Of a stretch of 64,000 nt of DNA, positions 53,191 through 64,000 are shown in pieces. Numbering within the stretch: position 1 is the first letter of the stretch; every line of letters begins with the position of its first letter. The notes below the pieces were generated by a model that was not told the DNA's origin, searched no databases, and saw only the letters and a program-made list of their open reading frames with translations. The stretch lies in assembly GCF_009914755.1 (NCBI RefSeq), contig NC_060926.1. One strand, written 5' to 3'. This stretch comes from the human T2T-CHM13v2.0 reference genome, Homo sapiens. The position numbers and the translations under genes are program-made.

Positions 53191-54914
53191 TGTTTGTTGT
53201 TAGCTCTCTTATCCCCCCTACACACACACCATTAATAAAGAACTTGGGTACCACTGTCATAGTGTTTTAATTTAAATGTTTTTTCTTCTTAATTAAAATG
53301 TAACATAATTATTTATAAAATTTATTTGAAAATTTATTTAGAAATCTAGAAAAGTTAAAACCCAATCTAAGTACTCAAAAATAATCATTAATAGGGAATT
53401 GCACTTCCTTCTAGTTTTTTATCCCCTTGCACTTAATATAACTAAGATAATTTTGCCCATTACATTTTATATTCTGGATTTTCTTTATTTCCTTTCAAAA
53501 GCATTTCTATGTAAGTCACCAATATTTGTAAGCATCCATCTTAATGATTGCAATATGTTCCATCTGGTGCTACTACCTTCTCTTGTTTAATCCATCCTAT
53601 TACCAGAGCATTACTGCTCACAGATAAATCGTGGAGCTCTGGCACCACCCCTGCTCAAGTTGAGGTTCTGGTTCATCTACAGTCCACGTTGTATGACACT
53701 GGTTGTGTACCTCAACCTCAAGATTCCGTGGTTTCCTCATCTACGAGATGTGGGAAGCGCAGGACTCTTTCACAGGGAGTCGTGTTTAACATTCGATGAG
53801 CACTCTACAAAGAACATGGGACAGCCCACAGCATGTAAAGTCTCACTAAATGCTGACTCTTCTTATTGATTGAAATTTTTCATTATCTAAAATTTTGGTG
53901 TAAATAATGCTACAATAAACACATATATTGATTATTTTCTTAATAACAGAATTTCAGTGAAAAAAATAAAAGTATGTACATTTGGGTGCTCTTTACATAT
54001 TGCCAAAAACCTGTCCAGAAATCATTTAATACTTATATTCATTTTAATTTATACCATTTATTTTTACTTTTTATTATGGAAAAATGGCAAACATATGCTG
54101 TAGGACAGGGAAGAGTTTAAGAACTCCCATTCACCGGTTATCTAACTTCAACAGTTACAAACTCATGATCATTTTTATTTCATCGGTACACTCACCTCCT
54201 ATCCTCCTCCTTTATTATTTTGAAGAAAATCTCAGATATAATACTATTTCATCTACAAATATTACATCGTATATTGCTAAAAGATAAGCACTCATGATAA
54301 ACACGTAGCCACAGGATCATTATTATAATAAAAGTATAATAATTTTTGAAATAATTGCTCAGTGTTCAAATTTCCAGTTGTTTTATTTTTATTTAATTTG
54401 TTTGATTTTATCTAAATTAATTACAGCTTGGATGATTTCTGGATAATTTCTAGACTATTCATTACCCAGGACTGGTCTTTCTGTTTGTTCTAATTCCAAA
54501 TCTAATTCTACTACTATTATTAAAACCAGCTACTGTTCATTGAGTTCCTACTATGTGCTGTGCTTTTACGTACTTTCTTCCAATCCTTTCACCCATCCCA
54601 AGACTGAATTCATCCTGATTTATATTTGAGTAATGTGAGATTGAATGGGATCCTGTGATTGCAGGACATGTGTAGATTCAGGTTTTATCTCCAAGTCTGC
54701 AGGCCCCATGGAGGCTCAGAGACGCACCTTCCAGTACCATCCCATTTCCAGCTCCTTCTCCTACTTCATGTCACCCATCAATGCCCTGTCAATACGGAGA
54801 TCCTCTTGCAGGTCTCAGGAGGCTCTGCTCTCAGAGACATCCAGCTCTGGAAAATATTGTCTCTGTCGCTAACACACCAAGCCCAAGGTTAACTTCCATT
54901 GGTCCACTGGCAAT

Positions 54915-55237
<323 letters not shown>

Positions 55238-57516
55238 CAGGTGTTTGTTTTTTTTAAAATATGTGTCTTACCATCTCAGAATCTAGTTAGCATAGGTTCT
55301 TCCACCAAGTGGATGCTCAAGGGGTGTTGTTGATAGTGGCTCGGTGGCCTTGGAGAATCATCATGGTCACTAGAAATCACTTGCAAGTTAAATATCTTTA
55401 TCCTTTTTGGCCAGTGGTTTTAGATGCTCAGATAACTCAACCCATCTGATCAAAAGCTTAAACTCTTAGATTATAAAGTACAAGAAACTGAAAGAATAAT
55501 AGAGTCCAGCTGTATTGCTGAATTTAGCTTTATGATAAAACAGACAATATTTAAATATTAAAAATAACTAGAACTGGGGCTGGAGGAAGAGTGACAACAG
55601 AAATTTGGTTTGACATTTCTAATTACAAAATGCTTTTCATTTTCAATTTATTGTCTTAAGTATAAAGAAAAAAGTAATATCCTGTGTATGCCCATATCTA
55701 TGTTATTCCTAACAGAATGCTCTGAATTTTACTTCCATTTAAGCACACACACAAATATCAAATAAAAGTCCTTTATTTTGTTAACTAGGAGGCAGTAGCT
55801 CAAAATGCAGACCAAATATCCCTGAGTAAATTTACTCAAGGAAAATTCTTGAATCAAGCTGATGATAACCAGAATTCTCACTGTCACAGATGTCTGCTGC
55901 ATATTTTTATAAACAGGAGTACCAAGGTTGTAACCTGCATGATAAATGCAAAACACTTTCTCTGAACCTTTAGTAAAAATGAACTAGTATTCTCAATCTG
56001 CTAGGCAATATGCATAAATATGCAACTTTAATTTTTTGGCACTATTACAGACTGTTACAGAATTTTCACAAGGTGGAACACATTTGCAATAGAATTAGGA
56101 AGAAAAAGCCAGGTATTATTATATTGTAGGTGCCACTAACTCAATCAGAGACTTTCATGGGGAATTTGGAACATTCCATATGCCATTTAGGGCAAAGGGA
56201 AATTAATCATGCCAATATGGGTTTATGTTTACTGTGCAGTTTTTATGGCAGAGGTTTGCTGCCTGATCTAAGGTGTGCTGCCCTATGAAAGAGCCTTCCC
56301 CACACACTCTGTTACTGTATAGAGATAAAATTTAAAGTGAACTCAAGAGCAGCCTTGATCTAAGGAGAGTATCTCAGCATTTGGACAGATGAACATTTAA
56401 TAAATGAATATATTGTATAAAGTCTATTGGGATGGATTCAGGTTAATTTCTCTTCTAACACTCTGTAAGTTCAAACTGTACTTGGCAACTCTCTTAAGTG
56501 CTTTACATACATCAGATCATATACATCAGAGAAATACTGATGAGGTAGGTGTTATGATTCCCATTCATCAGATAAGAAAACATTCTCCACAAAGTTCATT
56601 ATCTTGCCTGGGACCACATGGCCGGCATGAAACCAAGTGAGACTCAGATCCAGTGCTGAGTCACTCAGTGCTAGTTCCACTACACTAACATGGTAACAGT
56701 TGGTGTGCTAGAGCATTCTTCAAGGAGGCTGGGTGATTTACATATCCCACTAAATGAATTTTATCAGTTTTTAGATCCCGTATTTCTTCCTGGTGGTGGC
56801 AGATCTCCATTCAGTGTGTTATGCTAGAGGGATTGTTTCCCATAGGAAAGCCTATTTACCCAAGTCTTGGCTATATTTTGGAACTGAGTACCAATGCCTA
56901 CACAGCTAAAAAAATGAGTTTAAGAGTTGGAGACCTATGTCTTTTCTACTTTGTCCATAAATTTCTTATTTGCTGTTTTCGTTGTTCTTCATGATTTACC
57001 AACATCATAGAGAATTACTGCTGCTCACCCCAATGTCTTGCTCTGTATTTAGAGACCATCCACAATCTCCCTGAGATACCAGAGAAGAACACAAACTAGA
57101 ACTGTCAGGTTCTCAGTTTTGGGAGTAAGATGGTGCCAGTGTATTTCTCTATGCACTATGCTGGAGGCAGAGACATGTTATCTTTGCTTCTCAGGAAATT
57201 AGCCAGGCAAGTGGTCATTATTTTGCAGATGTATGTAGAGCTGGACTTAAACCACAGGAGGAAAACCTGAGCTTTCTTTTCTGGCTATGCAACCCTGTTC
57301 AAGGTTTGTAACCTATGAGAGCATTAAGTTTTTCATTTGTAAATTAAGAATAGTGACTTCTGCCACTTCAAAATTATTGTGGGGAACATGTTGTCTGATG
57401 CATGTATTACTCCTCACACAGTGCCCAGTGCATAGGAAACGAGAAAGCAGCTAAGGTTAGCTTGAACAATGGATCTAAAGGTTTCAATGTGTGCTCTCCC
57501 CTCTTATATTTTGCAG

Positions 57517-57741
57517 AGGTTTCTGCTGTTTTTGAGGCTGGCACGTCGGTTACTTACATGTTTCAAGAACCCTATCCTGTGACCAAGAATATAAGCCTCT
57601 CATCCTCAGCTATTTACACAGATTCAGCTCCATCCAAGGAAAACATTGCACTTAGCTTTGTGACAACCCAGGCACCCAGTCTTTTGCTCTTTATCAATTC
57701 TTCTTCTCAGGACTTCGTGGTTGTTCTGCTCTGCAAGAATG
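57517..57741 (+). CDS. CNTNAP5: CNTNAP5 coding exon (~exon 19, 225 nt), start of last laminin G-like domain
   Basis: Acceptor atattttgcag|AG and donor G|gtgagt. Encodes (E)[74 protein letters not shown]. Confidence 0.95.
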
Positions 57742-60262
57742 GTGAGTGTGATGGCATGATACCCAGCGGAGTCTCAGCCTGGGCTGGAGGGACGGTGCAT
57801 GCCCTCCAGAACTCTGCATAATTTCAACCTCAAGTTGGTCCCATCTGGGAAGCTTATTTCCAGACTTCCAGCCAAATCCTTGATTATTCTTTACCTTTAT
57901 GAGATGCAATTGGTATTCAGGGCCAGTGTCAATTCACTGCTGAAGTCTCAAATGCATTGACTTTAATTTGCCTCAACTGAATAGCAGTAATTCTTTATTA
58001 TTTATTCTGTGCTGGAATCCATTAAGTGCAAAGGAGAACATCATAAGCATATCCGAATTTCAGAAGGACACTTGCCACATGTATTTTGTCATCTTTGCTT
58101 CAGTCTTCTTTACTGAGGGCTGTTAAAACAATGAGCATACATGCAGGCTGTATTAATAGAAGGCAATTGTCCAGGTCTTAGAGAGAAGTAGTTAGTATAT
58201 GAGTCATAACCTTGGGGAATAGGTGGCTTGCTTCTGGGAATCAAATTTCTTTTTTTCAGGCTTTTTTTTTAAAGATAATGACAAACTGTGGCATTTGCTA
58301 TTTTGAAACAGAAAGATTTGGGGCATTTTATTTGACAAAACTATAGTACTATTGTTTCACAAATCAAAATGCTATCACTTCCTTTATTTTTATAATTACT
58401 CCTACTTGATACAAAATTCACAAAAATACAGGGCAATATTTTCCTAATGCTAAATAAAAGGATTATTTTTTAAATTTTATTTATTATTTAAGCTTCAAGA
58501 CTAGTGATAAGGTCAATATCATAGTATCTGAGGAAGGGATCATTTTTCAATTTGCATGGTATCTAATAGGTTCTAGTGCCTAAATTGCCCATTATTAATT
58601 TAAGCAGTAGGTGAGAATCAGATTTTTGGAAAGCATTTGGACAAAATGTAATACGAGAAGTTGAGAGTGATAAGCAAGGTGGAATACACTTCATGCAAGG
58701 AATGGTGAACGACACCACTTAGGATGGCTACTGCGAGTTAAAATTTTCTTCTGATACTGCTTAATTCCACCCTGCAAGGATGACTATTCTTGATATAGTC
58801 ATGGCAGGAACACTATTAGATCAAAAACTTATGGGGTAGAACATACAACAGTATGATATAAAAAACACTGTCCTGTGATCAAGAATACAACTTTCTTCCC
58901 TTTGTCATCTGCTGGTATCATAAGATGGGGCTGGGCCTTGGCAGATTCTGCCCAAGCCATGCCACTGAGTTTCTGCACGGACAGTGGTGGAACCTAGCAG
59001 AAAGGAAGCCTGGAGTGTGCCCCATACACAGAGTCCTCTCCAGGCCTTATGAGGAAACTCTAAATTATTATCTTGCTTTATTTTTTCTTTGGTTTATTCC
59101 TCTTTGATTCATCTTGCTTTCCAGCTATTTACAGCATCAAAAACCATGAATGATGAATGGGTGTAAAGAAATGATCAAATGCTGAATCAGGCATGAAGTG
59201 AAATAATGATGATGGACCACATGATGTTAACAGGTGTCCTTCTTTCTAAGATAAAAATAGAAGGGAAGGAAAATAGACAGAAATAGAGACTAGGATGACA
59301 ATGGCTCATTCTAAGCCCATCTGGACTTGAAGAATCCACAAGAGAGAGGGGGAAACACTATGGGTAATTAGATCTGTTTATCAATAGCCCTTTATGTGAT
59401 TATGATTAGGACCATTCTATCAACATAGCAGGTCTTAGACTCTGCCCATCAGGGCTTTGTGAGGGTGATAAAGCTGACTGAGGACACTGAGGCATGGAGA
59501 AGTTCAGTAGGTGGGCGTGCCAACGAGGTAATCTATGGCACAGTGGGGACCAGAATGCAGGTTTCCCAATAGTCAGCCAGCAGCCTCCGTTCTAAACAAT
59601 ATCATCCTCTAATGATGTCATTGGACCATAGTAAGATGGTTGGTTACAACCAATGCGAGATTTTTTCCAAAGCATCTTTTGGGTATAGTTCCATAGGCAC
59701 AATTGTACCTGTCAGGCCATGCCTAGGGAAATACAGCTGCCATGAAGACAGACAGTGCATAATGAATATAATTGTATCAAATTGCACACACATATACACA
59801 CACACACACAAATATATATAACTCTATACTGAGCACTATTTTAATTAATCCACACAACATTTACTTCTCATCACAACCCTGTTTGATTGATTTATTGTAG
59901 AAACTGAGGCACTTCAAAATCTCACAGCAAGTAAGAAGCAGAGCTGGATTCACCCTCCCTTCCTCAGTCTGGTGGCATATTCTGTATTCTTAACCACAAG
60001 GGCTAAACTAAGAGTGTTTTTAAAATGCACAATGTTTTAAATAATGTGAATCTATTTCATTGAGAAAGCATTCTTGAATTCTACCCTGCCCCTATCTTTT
60101 TACATCCTGAGGTCTTACTCTATTAAAAGCTGCCTGATCCCATAGGCATCTGCATGTTTTAAAGTCCTGGCTACATGCAGGAATCAAGAAGGTACTTGTG
60201 CCTTGTTTGTATGATTGTTTAAGTTTAGGTCTCAGGGCATGTGTGAAAGTTCAGGTATGAGT

Positions 60263-60377
60263 CCTGAGCCAAATATGAGTGACCATGGCCTGTGACACAG
60301 TCCTCAGGAGGTCCTGAGAACATGCGCCCAAGGTGGTCAAGGTACAGCTTGGTTTTATATATTTTATATATTTTAGT
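60263..60377 (-). mobile_element. MER4-group ERV1 LTR fragment
   Basis: ctgagccaaatatgagtgaccatggcctgtgacacagtcctcaggaggtcctgagaacatgcgcccaaggtggtc...cagcttggttttata matches my recall of MER4A. Confidence 0.75.
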
Positions 60378-62261
60378 TAGCTCAGGCTAACTCATGGGAG
60401 ATGGATGTCCAGGACATTGTTGTTAATAGAGTGTCCGCCTTCCCCACTCCAGCTTGGAACACCCCCACCACACCTTGCTCCAGGGAACCCATAGCAGTAG
60501 GTAGTGGGAAAGATACCCTGATTTAGAATCCTGGACATCTCTTGCCATCTCCTTATACTGCAGAGATACAACTAAGATATGTGTTCAATCATTCATTTTT
60601 TATTAACTCTGTGGGTAATTACTAGTCAAACTGCACAGTATCAGGAACTGTGAAGATAAGAAAAGAAATGCAGGACTAAGTGCTGTCTAAAGGAGATAAG
60701 GAATGAGAGACTAAAAAATCTGCCTTCAACTTTTTGAAAGGCAATCTAGATAGAGGAAGCAGTCATGTTTCCCACATTTCTACAGCAATCTAACTAGAAG
60801 GGAGACTTTGACTAAATTTTAAAATGAATCTTCTAAAAATTCAGGGATTATAACAGTGGAATAAAGTACCTTGAGTGGTAGTGAATTCTTTGCCATTGGA
60901 GGTCCTCAAATAATAATGCATGACTATTTGTTGGAGAAACCATAATAACTATCACAGGAGTAGATGAGAGGAAAAAATAATAACCTCTGAGTTTCTTCCC
61001 AAGTCTTAGATTTTGTGATTCTTTATTCCCTTCTTGTGTAGTCTTACATTAATATTTCTTTCTGTTAAGGCTTCATTTGCAGACTTTGAAATGCTGCTTT
61101 GAGGAATAAAGAATCGATATTCTTACAGCTTGTTCCCAGTATGTTTGTTCTATTAGGCCATTGACCTAATTACCAGAGAATCATGGGGGGTGAGAATTGC
61201 ATTATAAAGAACTGGGAATATTTTAATGTGACTTTGATACACTGTCGTGAAAAAAAAATACCTGTGAAAATACTAGTGGGAGTTAAGGATTATTAGAGGT
61301 TGCAAAAAGATCAGAAAACCACAGGGTTTAAAGGGGGAGGTTATTTATTATCTGTGAGAGTTTTTATGATAAGATTGATTCAAACCTCCCTGAGAAGAAC
61401 TGAGAGTCTTCTGTTAGTCTAGCTGTCTTAACCTTTGTGACTGAAGATAGCCTTGGGAATCTGGTGGAAATTATAAGAGGGCCACTCTTACAGGGAGCCC
61501 ATTTTGCTTTCTCCAAATAAAATCAAGTATCCGCCTCCAGGTTGTGCACAATGGCTCTAATTTTAGCACTCTGGGTTAAGAAGTCAGCAGGTGGAGTAAG
61601 GTGGATGAGTTGCATAAACACTGCACACAATTCTCAGCTTGCAAATTTATTTAATATAGTTGAACGGGCCAGAGGAAAGAAGATCAACGTGATTCAAAGT
61701 CATGGTTATAAGTCTCTCCCTGGCAGGGGTTTGATTTTCCAGGGTTGGAATTCTTCTGTGCCCTTTATCATTATTCTTGAAATTTCTCCAACTAGAGAAT
61801 CATTCTGGTTAAACTGCTGCTATCTTTTCAAAGGAAAACAGGTACTTCTTCCTAAACAAAAAGAAATTAGTTTAATTTCTGGAATGGAAGAACAGAGGCA
61901 GAAAGAGAGACATTTTGAGGTCACAGAGTTGTTAGGAAAGAGAAGGCAGTTTTAGTTCTATAACCTAGGGCTGTGGCCACAGACAACTTCTCTGAGTCTG
62001 GACGGTTGGAGGAGAAAGGGTCTTGAAGACAGGAAAAGGGTACAGAAAGGGAGATGAGCTCATTCTCAAGATACACAGGACTTTCACAGAATTTTATTTA
62101 GTGATGGCTTTGCCTTCTCCACAGTAGTGGGGATTTCTCTTTCAAATTTGCAACTCAGAAAATATTCATGGGGCACTTACCATGTGGCAGATACTAGCTC
62201 ATGTACTGAAGAGACAAAGACAGATAGAAAGGATCCTTCCCTGGCTTTAAGAAATCTAACT

Positions 62262-62551
<290 letters not shown>

Positions 62552-63862
62552 CTAGTTATGGGACAGAAACATAGTTAAAAAAACGAATGTCATCGATGCT
62601 AGGTAGAAGTCTGTTCTAGGTAGAATGAGTTAAAGATGATCAATTCTCTCTGGGAGAGAAGGTCAGAAAAGGCTTCCTAGAGAGGGTGATGCTTGAGTTG
62701 GTCATGAAAGATAAATTAGTGTTCTCCAGCAGACATTATATTTTTTCACGAAAATAAAGATTATTTTTGATTGTTCCTCATTTTCTCCATTTTATTCACA
62801 TTGCAGTTGAAATCTATATATGTGTTATGATCAATTTCTGTTTCTATTCTTCCATCATCTTCTTTGTTGATAGAAATGCAAAGTCAAATTTAGAATATGC
62901 ACTAACTCTAGGGCTATCCATCTATGGTGAAATCCTTTGGGTACACAATCCAAATATGGTTCCCAGATCACCTTCTGGGGAGGCTGTGCAGCTGCCCTCC
63001 AGCACCAAATGGTTTGTCTGACTTTGCTTCAGGATTTCCTTTTTATCAATCTTTTTTTAAGCATATGCATTCAAAAGATGCACTGTCTGCATTTGTGATT
63101 GCACACACCTTGGAAGGAATAATGATGAACTGCGACATTTTATATTTTGAGCACACTAACTCAAGGGAGGCAAGAATAAGAAGGAAGCCAGGGAGGGAGC
63201 ATTTTCAAAACACAAAACTCGGCAGTGGCTAGCCAGGGCTGGGTTGACCTTAGAACATCCCCTGCCATTCCTGCTATCTTATGGAAGCCCTTCAAAGTGT
63301 AATGCTGCCTCCACATAGCCCCTCCCTGACACCAGCATATGCTTGATTTCCTCAGAGCAGCAAGAATCCTGATAAACAGAAGGGGAAAAGCAAGCCTTGG
63401 AAGGATTATTTTGACAGCATAACTAAGCCCTGACCACTTCAGTCTCTGGGCTTGTGTCAAGTAACACTTTGCTGATTTTGAATTTAAAATTCCCAGTAGT
63501 CTTTTGCTATCTCCCAGACTTTGTTTTAGTTGTTTCATTCCCTACATTTCTGTGCTTTCCAACAATCTCTTGTACTTTCATCATCCATTTCACAGTAATG
63601 AGGTTATGAGACACTGTGACCTCTAGAGGGCGATAAAGAGTCCTCCTGGTCACTTTCTCCTAGGGAAGGTCAATGGATGATAAGGGCAGGACAGAGGGCA
63701 CTTCCATTATCACAGGGTTAGACTTGGGTGGTAAGGGTGGGCCTGACTGGAGAAACAGTGGCATGCTTAGTAGCACTGGATCTGGTTAATCTTTCTTGTT
63801 TCTCTTCTCTTTGTTGTTGTTTATGCTTTATTTTCTGATATGCTCCTAAGTCCCAAGAAGAT

Positions 63863-64000
63863 TGCTATGAACTGAGTTGTGAACCACCCCCTTCCCAAAA
63901 TCCATGACCCTCAGTGTAGCTGTATTTGGAGTAACAGGGTAATTAGGTTAAATGAAATTATAAGATCGGAGCCCTAATCCGACAGGATTAGTGTCCTTAA
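63863..64000 (+). mobile_element. MLT1 (A/B-like) LTR 5' part, cut by window end
   Basis: tgctatgaactga...gtatttgga...taattaggttaaatga...ccctaatcc...gattagtgtcctta. Confidence 0.75.

Overview
This is primate genomic DNA, very likely human, not prokaryotic. It is a 64-kb internal segment of CNTNAP5 (contactin-associated protein-like 5 / Caspr5, neurexin superfamily), transcribed on the + strand. Six coding exons with canonical AG/GT boundaries splice into one continuous 1140-nt frame: 6652-6808, 23090-23217, 23395-23565, 32220-32438, 49323-49562 and 57517-57741. They cover the end of the fibrinogen-like domain, a laminin-G domain, an EGF-like domain and the start of the next laminin-G domain. 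They are probably exons 14-19; that numbering is inferred from recalled CNTNAP-family exon sizes. The remaining ~98% is intronic: Alus, L1 3' fragments, L2/MIR, MaLR/ERVL LTRs, DNA-transposon relics and microsatellites. Other ORF-track entries are repeat-derived or chance ORFs. I see no evidence of a wholly new biological system. The best leads are splicing-regulatory hypotheses: a UG-repeat-flanked candidate TDP-43-repressed poison exon, an unusual 177-nt intron with a strong decoy acceptor, a ~500-nt YCAY-dense tract, and alternating Alu orientations around exons. There are also several well-preserved retrotransposition events. Repeat subfamily calls come from recalled consensus sequences, not a database search, and old-repeat boundaries are approximate.
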